Positions 29,501 through 37,461 of a stretch of 64,000 nt of DNA are shown here, one piece after another (within the stretch, counting starts at the first letter, position 1; each line of letters begins with the position of its first letter). Where the stretch lies: the NCBI GenBank assembly GCA_045568075.1, contig JBJLBP010000001.1:249232-313231 (forward strand), written 5' to 3'. The translations under genes and the position numbers were made by a program. Under the pieces are notes generated by a model, which was not told where the DNA came from, did not search any database, and saw only the letters and a program-made list of their open reading frames with translations. Origin of the DNA: Candidatus Thalassarchaeaceae archaeon. GTDB lineage: Archaea > Thermoplasmatota > Poseidoniia > Poseidoniales > Thalassarchaeaceae.

Positions 29501-31509
29501 AGATGGTGTTGGATCCACAACTCCTGCGCGACGACCCGCAATCCTTCCTACCGGATGGATTCGGTCCAGTAAACGTCGTATTGCGCTTCGAGGAGAACCT
29601 ACCTCACGAGGGCTGTGAACCACTCGACGCAGATGCGATGAGCACTTCCGGCGCATGGGACCCATGCGCCCAGATGGTGAACAGCGATCACTTCCGCAGA
29701 GTCATGCAGTTCCAAGTCGATGGGTTCAGCCTCATCGGCCGAACAGTTCTCAACGTCGACGATCAGATTGTTTACACTTCTGAAATCGATCCATCGACCG
29801 GACAGCCAATCGAGAAGCCCATGGTCGTCACCGGCCAGCTCGTTGACGAACTCGGATCTAACCTCTCTAACCGCGCTGTGCGCGTAACATACGAGATGGT
29901 CGGCTCTGAGACGGGAATCGTGGGTTGTCTACCAGGAACCTCAAACATGGACGGATTCTTCGAGATCACCTGCCCGCTTTCCGGCGTTCAGGCGGGACAA
30001 GCCCGAGTGAAGGTCGAGTTCAATTCATACGAGAATAACGACCGCTACCGCTACCACAATGCAAGCGTAACACGACTGTTCCCGGTCTTCTCGAACTCGA
30101 CTATGCACCTGCAAGAAATTGGTCCGTTCCGAAATGACATCGATTCGTACACCTTCCAGAATGGCTCGGTTTTCCCGGTGCTGTATCTCAAGGAGTCATT
30201 CCACCTCGATGCTAGGTTAACTCAGACGAATGGTAATCCGATTGGCGGTAAGTGCCTGAACATCTACCTCGATCCTGAGGTTAACACTCGGCCAATCGCC
30301 ACTTCGATTACGCGTGACGGAACTGGTGAAATCGAGTGGTTCAGCGGTGACCCGGAAGACAATCCCAGTCGCCGAGGAGTCGAACCGACATCTGAGATGA
30401 TGGAAGGATTCAGAGTAGTTAGAATCGCATACGAACCGACTAAGGAATTACCTGGCGGATGTCGTGCCGAGACAACTCCGGTTGTCAATGGTTCCTTCAT
30501 CGATATCGAAGTCCTCGTCAGGAGCCGCGTTGACATCCTACTGAAGAACCACTGGTCAAATCCAGATGGATATCAGGAAGGAGATTGGATCAACGGATCG
30601 GTCGCAATTCTGCGCGACCGACTCGACCTCGCGGTCGAGCACCAAACGGTGATCTTCACCTACCAGTATTGGAATGCCGAGGAAGGCATGTGGCTTCCAC
30701 ACAACGTGGTCTACGCTACTACGAACGAATTGGGTGTGGCATCGTTTAGCTTCGAATACTCGGGTGAAAATATACCTGGAGAACTCGAATGTAGCCAGGC
30801 CGGTTATTGTATCGACGAAGGAAGATGGCAAGTCATAATCCACTTCAAGGGCTCACACGAGTTTGAAGAGGAATATCTCAACAATACGCCTGAAATCTAT
30901 CTTGGTGAATTAGTCGCGAAGGGCGATACGAGCTTCTTCACGGTGCAGGTATTGACGATTCTAGGAATCGCAATGGCCTTCGCTCTGATGGTCGGCGCAA
31001 TCATGTATCGCAATTACATTGAGCGCCGACGCATCGAGATTCTGCGCGGAATACTCACCGACTCGCTAATGTCGCTAAAGGCGTCGAACGAATACATCGA
31101 CACCATCTTCAACTGCTACAAGGAATTAGTACGATTCTTCCGCAGTCGAGGCGCGATGAAGAAGGTCTACGAGACCACGCGAGAATTCGAGGATGCTGTG
31201 AGCACAATGCTCAGCGGCATTGCGCCGCCAGAGGATCTCAATGTCTTCTTCTCACTCTTTGAAGAAGCAAGGTACTCTGACCACGAGATTGGTGCAGACC
31301 AGCGAGACCGAGCCATCGGTGCGCTGCAGTCCATCATCAACCACATCAGTGCCTCTTTGGGCGAAGGAATGCTAAACCGAACCACTGCTAATGAGTCCGG
31401 CCTTTACGGCTCAGTCATCAAGGCTGGCTCGTTCGTTGACTCCGAGGGTCAAGAGCGCATCGCCGGAATCGATGACGGTTCAGACGGCGACGGCGGCTTC
31501 CGAATCTGA
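23533..31509 (+). CDS. Giant (2658 aa) cell-surface protein: signal peptide, ~40 thrombospondin-type-3-like Ca-binding repeats (DxDxDGxxDxxD), embedded plastocyanin-like cupredoxin domain, large beta-rich region, C-terminal TM helix and ~170 aa cytoplasmic tail
   Basis: N-terminal hydrophobic signal. Dozens of DHDNDGI.D..D.DDDNDG repeats from ~23900-27400. Cupredoxin segment GDTVVWTNADSQDHTVTS...FSYVCNIHPAMTGTITV (His/Cys/His/Met). TM FTVQVLTILGIAMAFALMVGAIMY near 30930-31010. Tail with ...FEEARYSDHE... motif. Confidence 0.85.
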   Translation: MVGMNKEIQTWYGRENRKKSTSALMMVVLMLLSTQMYNFIGAEEAETSLEGPEETPARTAYQQFYQSGGASAGETQGQPASTADFQHPAFSDANWVDPASYQGKISDPSILLTDPGYGFHLEETNTEDHDNDGINDLDDLDDDNDGISDLIERFDGCYGTDPFDHDNDGIDDESDWDDDNDGILEGPIDYSQGSDPWNVSADRYVMPNVVHPWTGTPVGTGYRIDQNLMDHDNDGVTDEDIDGSGRGSYDEDDDNDARIDQFTWPCDFDGDGAQDYFDDDDDNDGVVDLWDSHPWDASITTNITATAPLWDDWYQWVSAETHDIEISPGNLFSPRALTINEGDTVVWTNADSQDHTVTSDIGLFDSGTIVPGASFTFTFDNAGTFSYVCNIHPAMTGTITVQSTSGSDNTYSEYIGGVDYVSMEANVWHPRNQSFTEVVDGDLDGDGIPNFLDPDNDNDGTPDSADTDDDNDGLLDMYDVDDDNDGIWDECMQLDTNSDGEGDYPNSFDIQTPGRDCEIDYDRDADDDRFRPIDMDYDLVWDWMDPDMGALELDELDNPNGAPRNDPDDEPYDLDNDGVLNEADPYMLATEEQVSEWDCATQTNPNPQNSDMNCTVARKSYTGNNDWDGDGLNNWEDRDDDNDGILDWLDIDPNCDFDDDNDLHLLNGSRFRDDGPNDIDTDVDGDGLANDEDWDDDNDGISDYYDPDDGNCGVVDQDQTDPFATYYGYSHGDGDIIDGSDDSDLWAQFENTHWKMWWHFNPFTEENGFIYPHNGYDDSTVPLTNGQIPEMYWYVLMHWSPWNGANYFDIDVDGDSLQNGIDVDSDGDGLPDWWDQDEGNDGVLDVNDPGQGGSFDNNECGYTFWWLLIAQQAIEQACGLPYAWLYGYPVIPASRTNGMSFTIPYSSRPDADMDQGAYNGTNSQGQWTCETQCWHFDFLGQGDAGPSAAVNYNQMKDNRDLYTAWVGITFGFFQWTADSNANLFPDEVADLLNNDVDPDDDCGAPIPGNLNPQCMVNDTADLDDDFDGVYDHWDVDDDNDGIWDYFEIDSNDDLDDDANIDASNFFTGTNCDDNDDDGTDTDPDDDGWYQAVWDKGVLGQGLLFPVYYDVDNDNDGVPDGEDPDDDNNGVSDALQETLCFVGEEQSVWDHDNDGILDWADDDWDADGLVNTLELNTATPFISPWDHDNDGLRDDIDLDDDSDGMLDKDEIMLWPSRFGQESTNPWDHDDYGNGTGPANPSDPFTGPDAIDEDDDNDERPDRDWDHLEEDWSNSSDWDSDNDGILDEDDKVPTRINLTSANVLWLDAVNPAVFRGTVNWLDPDTGVFEPAPDLPVQISIEWARNGTLALETVDVLTDAAGAFVVGQFLLPEDLIVGPNTTYNVYAEVTEMFYHDGSQTEPIPVEVRANTSIDYVAWTYFRSDEQPLFTDYKVHYEADWDRGIFDNRIPNAPVSFRVHGGPFGNHTHPTIFDGYGYGYRADSGGWVSLTFVQTAGAQGQWKQVQWNSTMDNGVGKLPGGYEEIVWDDNAKDHFVLGRYDYTNTSLPIGDYAFIGFARPDLGDEWPFPYLEQSETEAFAIRSMHRMYIEADMFTPSTRPVYFWDTTQFTGSSFGAWRALFHQPSLDTAGLAYEDVSLGKPYAMTWDGTPEGLTGESSRLRPFLSSNGTHWRIGMQNGGDFNVPPCGPVDPVDPNSDVRCEIIPEMFTGETLRVIGSVWNRTLVPWPHDPMTLQVDLDRNGIFAGSQETGYARAPQMVNGVATFDYNWTWYSQYAAGHYGIRADFTNSNYYFTGNQSSVLAPTGAYLNVSVIGTTEFKELLEPRLYRGQNRTIEVQLLDNSLQPLKNSQINYVWSADGTNGIAETDGTGWFSVNLTIEKDHNLGNFTLSYNYPGDPRHQGTSGTMDLWVVSRTYITLQGTTPNIRSNGDIWEFSAQVTDDNRTAIIKDSGQALDGCGENGGEVLLIMEGTDFDDRTHRQIVETLCPNAGNIHHEMVLDPQLLRDDPQSFLPDGFGPVNVVLRFEENLPHEGCEPLDADAMSTSGAWDPCAQMVNSDHFRRVMQFQVDGFSLIGRTVLNVDDQIVYTSEIDPSTGQPIEKPMVVTGQLVDELGSNLSNRAVRVTYEMVGSETGIVGCLPGTSNMDGFFEITCPLSGVQAGQARVKVEFNSYENNDRYRYHNASVTRLFPVFSNSTMHLQEIGPFRNDIDSYTFQNGSVFPVLYLKESFHLDARLTQTNGNPIGGKCLNIYLDPEVNTRPIATSITRDGTGEIEWFSGDPEDNPSRRGVEPTSEMMEGFRVVRIAYEPTKELPGGCRAETTPVVNGSFIDIEVLVRSRVDILLKNHWSNPDGYQEGDWINGSVAILRDRLDLAVEHQTVIFTYQYWNAEEGMWLPHNVVYATTNELGVASFSFEYSGENIPGELECSQAGYCIDEGRWQVIIHFKGSHEFEEEYLNNTPEIYLGELVAKGDTSFFTVQVLTILGIAMAFALMVGAIMYRNYIERRRIEILRGILTDSLMSLKASNEYIDTIFNCYKELVRFFRSRGAMKKVYETTREFEDAVSTMLSGIAPPEDLNVFFSLFEEARYSDHEIGADQRDRAIGALQSIINHISASLGEGMLNRTTANESGLYGSVIKAGSFVDSEGQERIAGIDDGSDGDGGFRI
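23900..27400 (+). repeat. Low-complexity coding repeat region (GAYAAYGAYGG = DNDG units) inside the giant gene
   Basis: Recurrent gat-aac-gat-gg / gac-gac-gat-aac-gac-gg units seen many times. Confidence 0.7.
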
Positions 31510-31658
31510 TGACGTAGAGTCGAGGAAGAGACCCGGTTCAGACCGGTTCTCTCCTCTTCTCGATGCACTGCGTGGCCATGCCCCGTAGGGGCAACCCGTA
31601 GCATTCATAACAGGTAGTCAGGTGGGCGCGCTACCCAAGCACACGTCGAGGGAGTTAT

Positions 31659-32024
31659 ATGAGCAAGAACATGAGAAAGACCAACCAGGCCCTAATCGCC
31701 CTAATCGGCGATCTCAAGGACCAGAGCAGGTCGACCGGTTCTGCACTGTGGCGAGACGTCGCGCTGAGGCTCGAGAAGAGCCGCAGTAACTGGGCTGAAC
31801 CAAACCTGAGCCGTCTGAGCCGATACGCTGCCGAAGAGGACATAGTCCTCGTTCCAGGCAAGCTTCTCGGCAGCGGTGATGTGTCCGGTAAGCCGAGCGT
31901 CGCCGCATACAGTGTCAGTACTGGCGCCCGCTCGAAGATTGAAGCAGCAGGCGGACGTGTCCTCACGATTCGCCAATTGATGAACGAGAACCCAGATGGC
32001 CGGGGGGTGAGGATCCTTGGCTGA
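31659..32024 (+). CDS. rpl18e: Ribosomal protein L18e (eL18)
   Basis: LWRDVALRLEKSRSNWAEPNLSRLSRY...VLVPGKLLGSGDVSGKPSVAAYSVSTGARSKIEAAGG matches eL18. Confidence 0.85.
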   Translation: MSKNMRKTNQALIALIGDLKDQSRSTGSALWRDVALRLEKSRSNWAEPNLSRLSRYAAEEDIVLVPGKLLGSGDVSGKPSVAAYSVSTGARSKIEAAGGRVLTIRQLMNENPDGRGVRILG

Positions 32025-32505
32025 TGCCAGTACCCTCGTCTTCGACGCCAAGGACAAGGTCCTCGGGCGCCTCGCTAGCCATGTCGCTAGCGAGTTGCTG
32101 ACAGCGCGCAAGGCCGGCGGCCAGAAGCGCGTCATCATCGTGAACGCAGAACGGGCGATCGTTACAGGCGCGAAGACTGCAGTCTTCTCCAAGTACGATC
32201 ACAAGTACAAGTTGAACCACCCTCGAAAGGGTCCGTTCTTCCCTCGCATGCCGGACATGATTCTGAAGCGCACTGTGCGCGGTATGCTGCCCTACCAGAA
32301 GAACAGCAGCGGCCGCAATGCCGTTCGAGACCTACGTGTCATGATCGGAACACCAGCAAACCTTGCTGGAGACGAATTACCAGATGGCCACGCATGGGGC
32401 GACTCAAGCTCATTTGAGCGAGATTTGCCTCAGAAATTCGTGCGACTCGGTGAGATTAGTGCCCACTTAGGTGCTGACTCTAGTAGATGGGGAGGTGACC
32501 AGTGA
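32017..32505 (+). CDS. rpl13: Ribosomal protein L13 (uL13)
   Basis: [18 protein letters not shown]...[12 protein letters not shown] are uL13 motifs. Confidence 0.9.
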   Translation: MADASTLVFDAKDKVLGRLASHVASELLTARKAGGQKRVIIVNAERAIVTGAKTAVFSKYDHKYKLNHPRKGPFFPRMPDMILKRTVRGMLPYQKNSSGRNAVRDLRVMIGTPANLAGDELPDGHAWGDSSSFERDLPQKFVRLGEISAHLGADSSRWGGDQ

Positions 32506-32942
32506 TGGCTAAGAAGAAGAAGGCAAAGATTGTCCAAATGAGTGGAAAGCGTAAGACCGCAGTCGCACGTGCAACAGTGCGTAAGGGAGCGGGCCGAGTA
32601 CGCGTCAACCACAAACCGATTCACATCATGGAACCGGCCCTCGCTCGCCGTAAGGCGCTCGAGCCGGTTCAGATCGCTGAGGCGATGAACCGCCTATCCG
32701 ACGTCGACGTCGTTGTCGATGTTCAGGGCGGCGGTCAAATGGGACAAGTCGACGCAATCCGCACTGCTATAGCACGCGGCCTCGTACACTACAATGGCGG
32801 CGCTGAGGGAATTGATGAGGAACTACGAGACGAATTCCTCCGATTTGACCGCAGCCTGCTTGTCAATGATCCACGACGCAAGGAGCCAAAGCACCAAATG
32901 GGCCGCGGCGCTCGCAAGAAGTGGCAGAAATCGTATAGGTGA
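32502..32942 (+). CDS. rps9: Ribosomal protein S9 (uS9)
   Basis: [15 protein letters not shown]...[20 protein letters not shown]...[24 protein letters not shown]. Confidence 0.9.
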   Translation: MMAKKKKAKIVQMSGKRKTAVARATVRKGAGRVRVNHKPIHIMEPALARRKALEPVQIAEAMNRLSDVDVVVDVQGGGQMGQVDAIRTAIARGLVHYNGGAEGIDEELRDEFLRFDRSLLVNDPRRKEPKHQMGRGARKKWQKSYR

Positions 32943-32948
32943 TCCAAG

Positions 32949-33155
32949 ATGTTGATACCAGTTCGTTGTTGGAGTTGCGGTAAAGTCGTAGCTCATTTGT
33001 ATGACCAGTTCAAGACCGCCGTCGATGCCGGAGAGGATCCACAAAAAGTCCTCGACGACATCGGCCTCGAGCGTTATTGCTGCCGAAGGATGTATGTCGG
33101 CCACATCGATTTGATCGATGAGGTCTCTCCTTTCAGCATCGCTCGCGAGGATTGA
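32949..33155 (+). CDS. rpoN: DNA-directed RNA polymerase subunit N (Rpo10/RpoN)
   Basis: MLIPVRCWSCGKVV...RYCCRRM zinc-binding motif. 68 aa. Confidence 0.85.
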   Translation: MLIPVRCWSCGKVVAHLYDQFKTAVDAGEDPQKVLDDIGLERYCCRRMYVGHIDLIDEVSPFSIARED

Positions 33156-33209
33156 TTCCACACGCCGTCAAGGCTTTGTGAGAATCTCATCACGGTGGAA
33201 CCACACACG

Positions 33210-33287
33210 GGGCCTGTAGGTTAGCTTGGCCTATACTTCGCGGCTGGGGGTCGCGCGACCCAGGTTCAAATCCTGGCTGGCCCACCA
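33210..33287 (+). tRNA. tRNA-Pro (anticodon GGG) with encoded CCA; non-canonical D-arm region
   Basis: Acceptor GGGCCUG/CUGGCCC (one U-U mismatch). Anticodon stem CGCGG/UCGCG with loop CUGGGGG. T-arm CCAGG-UUCAAAU-CCUGG. Discriminator A + CCA. The 5' half is ~3 nt longer than canonical. Confidence 0.55.
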
Positions 33288-33374
33288 TTCCTCCTCTTTC
33301 GGCGAGAGCCTTGAATCGAGGCTTAGAAGGCTCGAAATGGGCACCTTTTAGGGGGCTGGCGCTCCTCGGATAAC

Positions 33375-35543
33375 ATGGTCCCGGAGGGCTCGGATGATTG
33401 GGCGAACAGCGCCCGGATTGAGGAGCTGGCAGGACTCCTCGCACACCATTCTAACCTCTACTACAATGAGGCCGCTCCAGAGATTCCCGACGCCGAATAT
33501 GACTTACTCTTCGACGAATTGAAGCAACTATCACCCGATCACCCACAACTAACCAAGGTAGGTTCGGACCCCGCACCAGGATCTGTGAAGGTTGACCACT
33601 TGTTCCCAATGCGCAGTCTCGATAAGGCAACTGAGGCCGAGGAAGTCATCCATTTTGTTGCAGAAACCACTGCTCACGGCCGCCGCTTTGTCTGCCAACC
33701 CAAACTCGACGGTTCAGCCCTATCGCTGGAATACCGTCGAGGCCGTCTAGTCCGTGCGGCCACGCGCGGAAATGGTGAGCGTGGCGAAGATGTCACAGCA
33801 AACGCTCGCCGAATCTCAAACATTCCAGAACAACTTGCTTGGGATGGTGATGCCCACGTACGAGGAGAAGTGGTGATGCCACTCGATATTTTCCGCTCGA
33901 AATACGCAAACATCGCCCCAAATCCGCGCAATCTCGCATCCGGCAGCTTACGGCAGAAGAGTGCCGATGCCGGCAAAGGAGACGCAGCTGACCTCGTATT
34001 CCACGCCTATGATGTGATGTTCCCCGAACTTGCCGACCGACACCCTGACAGCCCCTCTCCACCAGATTTCACCTTCGACTCGCAAGAGATCGATTGGTTG
34101 GTTGCAAACGGTATCGAAGTGGCTGGCAACGATGTGGTCGAAGGCGATGACGATGAGGCCGTTACAAATGGAATTCTCGATGTCACTCAGCGCTGGACTG
34201 AGCACCGAGAAAACGCCTCGTGGGAGATCGACGGAGTCGTCATCAAACTAGATGACCTTGCAAAGCGAAGTCTCCTCGGCCAGACCGCACATCATCCTCG
34301 ATGGGCACTAGCGTGGAAATTCCCTCCCGAGGAGGCATCGACAGTTCTGCTAGGAGTCGATTGGCAGACAGGTCGGACCGGCACGGTCACCCCTGTGGCG
34401 AGAGTCGCACCGGTAACAGTCTCCGGCGTAACTGTCGAAAACACGACACTGCACAACGCCGGAGAGATTGAAAGATTGGGAATCAGCATCGGCGACAGAG
34501 TCCGAATTGTCCGTAGAGGCGATGTGATTCCCAAAATAATCGAGGTTCTCGGGCCCGCAGACCAAACTGACCTCGACAATAGATTCCGTGCGGATGGTAC
34601 TGCCTTCAGCGACCCGCTACCGCTACGCCAAGCCGTCCCAATTCCTCACGAATGCCCACGATGTGGCACACAACTGAAGCAGGACGGTGCCTTCATCCGC
34701 TGCTTCAACCTTGATTGCCCATCGCGCCTAGAGCGTGCAATTCTCTACTGGTGTCGAGCGCTTGAGATGGACGGCATCGGAGAGAAACTCGCAGAACAAC
34801 TCTGTGAGGAAGGCCTCGTCAAGAGCTTGCCCGATCTCTACGCACTGACTCACTCAGATCTCGTAGGCCTCGAGCGCATGGGTGAGAAATCAGCAGCCAA
34901 TGTCGTCACTCAACTAGATTCAACCCGCTCGCTCAACCTCTCATCCTTCCTCTCAGCCCTAGGATTGCCTGGAATAGGCCCAGAATTAGCAAGTGCCTTC
35001 GCACGTGAAGTAGGAGAAGCAACCACTCTGTTTGACTTGTTAGCCGAACCGGAGGAAGCCATCCCACGACTGGTCACAATCGATGGCGTAGGAGAAACAG
35101 TAGCACGCTCATTCCTCGAAGGCTTAGATGAACGCAAGAGCGTCGTCGAAGGATTGGTGGACGTCCTCCTAATCGAAGCAGAACAAGTGATCGAAGAGGC
35201 GGACGGCCCTCTCACTGGTCAGACATTCTGTATCACAGGCACCCTAGGCCGTCCGCGAAAAGAAATCGCTCTGATGATCAAAGCAGCAGGAGGGAAAGTT
35301 GTCTCAACAGTCTCTGGCAAGCTCGACCACCTCGTCGCCGGAAACTCGGCTGGCTCCAAGTTGGACAAGGCGAATAGGCTCTCAGTCAACGTCCTCAGCG
35401 AAATTGACCTTGAAGCCATGCTCGCCGGCGAATCAACTCTAGACGATGGAAGCGTCGACGAAGCGGAAGGAGAAATTGTCGCCGACGCCGGCCCACAGCA
35501 GATGTCCCTCGGCGACTACGGTTCGTCGGAACCAGTAGAATAG
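33375..35543 (+). CDS. ligA: NAD+-dependent DNA ligase (LigA/LigN type) with C-terminal BRCT
   Basis: KxDG adenylation motif (CQPKLDGSALSL), Zn-finger Cys (CPRCGTQL...C...C), HhH region and BRCT (FCITGTLGRPRKEI). Confidence 0.9.
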   Translation: MVPEGSDDWANSARIEELAGLLAHHSNLYYNEAAPEIPDAEYDLLFDELKQLSPDHPQLTKVGSDPAPGSVKVDHLFPMRSLDKATEAEEVIHFVAETTAHGRRFVCQPKLDGSALSLEYRRGRLVRAATRGNGERGEDVTANARRISNIPEQLAWDGDAHVRGEVVMPLDIFRSKYANIAPNPRNLASGSLRQKSADAGKGDAADLVFHAYDVMFPELADRHPDSPSPPDFTFDSQEIDWLVANGIEVAGNDVVEGDDDEAVTNGILDVTQRWTEHRENASWEIDGVVIKLDDLAKRSLLGQTAHHPRWALAWKFPPEEASTVLLGVDWQTGRTGTVTPVARVAPVTVSGVTVENTTLHNAGEIERLGISIGDRVRIVRRGDVIPKIIEVLGPADQTDLDNRFRADGTAFSDPLPLRQAVPIPHECPRCGTQLKQDGAFIRCFNLDCPSRLERAILYWCRALEMDGIGEKLAEQLCEEGLVKSLPDLYALTHSDLVGLERMGEKSAANVVTQLDSTRSLNLSSFLSALGLPGIGPELASAFAREVGEATTLFDLLAEPEEAIPRLVTIDGVGETVARSFLEGLDERKSVVEGLVDVLLIEAEQVIEEADGPLTGQTFCITGTLGRPRKEIALMIKAAGGKVVSTVSGKLDHLVAGNSAGSKLDKANRLSVNVLSEIDLEAMLAGESTLDDGSVDEAEGEIVADAGPQQMSLGDYGSSEPVE

Positions 35544-35565
35544 CCCTAAGTTACAAGGCTCTGAA

Positions 35566-36606
35566 TTACTGTGTCAATATTCGATGGAAGTGATGAACTC
35601 CAGCCTCTTTGGTCGGAGAGTATCGGCCGCGTTCATAGGCGACTGACGAGACGCCTTTTTGGCAACCTTCGACGATAAATTGGTCCTCAGCCTCAACCTT
35701 GTCCAAGTCGCCCCCGGCACCCTTTGCAAGCATGGCTGAATCGCCGACAAACCCATGGTATACGATGCGGGTCTTGTCTACCGATTCAGGGATGACAAGA
35801 TTGACCGAGAGACCCCACGGATAGAAATTCAGCATTAGACCAGGATGTAACCAAAAGTAGTATGCGGCGATGTTCTGGCCAAAGTCAGGATGTTCTTCAG
35901 GTAAATCGAAACAAGGCTCTCCATCATTTGCAATTCCAATCTGTAGTACACCGCCATCGAAAAGCTCGGTACTGTATGCATCATAATCGAGGACGTCATG
36001 CAATCCTCCGTGGACGAATGGAATGTGAAATCCTTCCAGATAATTGTCCACATACAGCGCCCAGTTGGATTCGATTGTATATTCTCGATGGCGATTCAAA
36101 TCATGTGTGAACGCTTCGATAGATAGCCATCCGACTCGTGCCTCAACTTCGGCGATGAAGGAATCAAAATCATCAGCTGAGACTGTGTTGAATAGCAAGC
36201 CTTTCCACTCTGCTAAAGGGAATGTTCGAAGATGATCTGCATCGGTAGGAAAATTCTCCACGGTGTCGAATTCTGGCATACTACGAAACTGTCCATCTAA
36301 ATTGAAGACGCGTCCGTGGTAGGGACATTGCAATCGCTTTGCCTCTGAGGATTCCGTACAGACAAGCATCCCTCGATGTGTACAAACATTGGAGATGCAG
36401 TGTAATTCACCTTCACTCTGTGTAAGCAGCATCGGCTCTTTCAGAGGATTATCAATGGGTTGAGCCGTAGACAATTGGCTACGATGCGCAGCAAAGTGCC
36501 AATTCTGACCGAACGACGAGGTGACTGAATCGAAGGTCTTGGTCTCAGTGTAAAATCTGGAGGGGAGTGTCTCAGCTTTGCGGATGTCTGGGTCGATGAT
36601 GGTCAT
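35566..36606 (-). CDS. Rieske [2Fe-2S] non-heme iron oxygenase, alpha-subunit-like
   Basis: CISNVCTHRGMLVC...LQCPYHGRVF Rieske CxH...CxxH. C-terminal catalytic domain with His residues. Confidence 0.8.
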   Translation of the reverse strand: MTIIDPDIRKAETLPSRFYTETKTFDSVTSSFGQNWHFAAHRSQLSTAQPIDNPLKEPMLLTQSEGELHCISNVCTHRGMLVCTESSEAKRLQCPYHGRVFNLDGQFRSMPEFDTVENFPTDADHLRTFPLAEWKGLLFNTVSADDFDSFIAEVEARVGWLSIEAFTHDLNRHREYTIESNWALYVDNYLEGFHIPFVHGGLHDVLDYDAYSTELFDGGVLQIGIANDGEPCFDLPEEHPDFGQNIAAYYFWLHPGLMLNFYPWGLSVNLVIPESVDKTRIVYHGFVGDSAMLAKGAGGDLDKVEAEDQFIVEGCQKGVSSVAYERGRYSPTKEAGVHHFHRILTQ

Positions 36607-36632
36607 ACAGACTCCTCAGACCGAATCAGAAC

Positions 36633-37442
36633 TCAACCGTACATCGCAGAACTCTCACCGCCAGAGTTCTCATTCTGCATTTGATTCAGTTGGACAGCCA
36701 TCATCTCGCGGATTTGCTCCTCAATTCGCTGAGCCTCCTTGAGTAGCGGCTCAGGATCCAATTTGATTGCCGGCAGCAAGCCATCAAGCCGCCCAATAAT
36801 CCGCGCAGCTGCCCGAGCGTCTGGAATCGCTCCGTTAGCCAAGTCATCACCCGACTCAGCAAGAATTGCCATTGCATCGATACGACGACGTCGACACTCA
36901 CCGAGCATGACACCAGTCATGCCCCCCACAACTCCGTGTTTCAGCATTGGAACTTCCAATTCGCCGAGTTTTTCATGAGCAGAATCAGTCGAACCGATAC
37001 CAAGCATCGACTCGGTCGAATCATCATCATCAAAGATTGAGTGAGCTTGATCAGGGCCATGTGAATATGAGTCAATCATCATCATCTGACTCGCCCCATT
37101 TGCCTCTACCCAATCTAAGATTGAATCAGCAAGAGGCAAACTCAATTCCGAAGCAACTTGAATCTCCGAAGCAATCAGCACAACCTTGTCACATCTATCC
37201 ATGTGGCATATCGGCTCACCCGCATAGAATCGAAGGGGAGGCAGAGGCTTGCCCTCCTGCACCAAACAAACCGGAGGCAGGCCTGCGCCTCTGGCACCGC
37301 CTACGAAGCTTAGCCCCAAACGGTCGACAAGATAGTGAGCAACGATGCTACTAACAAATCCAGCCGACGGAAAACAGGTCACTACAAGTGCATCTTCTAC
37401 GTTCAAACTCTCGTCGACCGCGACCACAGGGGCTCCACTCAT
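36633..37442 (-). CDS. PAC2-family protein (proteasome assembly chaperone/PbaA-PbaB-like) ending in HbYX-type tripeptide
   Basis: COG1938-like N-terminus (VDESLNVEDALVVTCFPSAGFVSSIVAHYLV). C-terminus ...SSAMYG (Met-Tyr-Gly = HbYX). Start taken at internal Met to avoid overlap with the divergent nuclease gene. Confidence 0.55.
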   Translation of the reverse strand: MSGAPVVAVDESLNVEDALVVTCFPSAGFVSSIVAHYLVDRLGLSFVGGARGAGLPPVCLVQEGKPLPPLRFYAGEPICHMDRCDKVVLIASEIQVASELSLPLADSILDWVEANGASQMMMIDSYSHGPDQAHSIFDDDDSTESMLGIGSTDSAHEKLGELEVPMLKHGVVGGMTGVMLGECRRRRIDAMAILAESGDDLANGAIPDARAAARIIGRLDGLLPAIKLDPEPLLKEAQRIEEQIREMMAVQLNQMQNENSGGESSAMYG

Positions 37443-37461
37443 GTGTACGGAACAGACCGAG

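Noticed and set aside
23654-30843. Numerous 60-120 aa ORFs in all frames within the giant gene (e.g. 23894..24085, 24746..25255, 26582..26827)
   Set aside because: They are products of the repetitive GAY-rich coding sequence and have no independent support.
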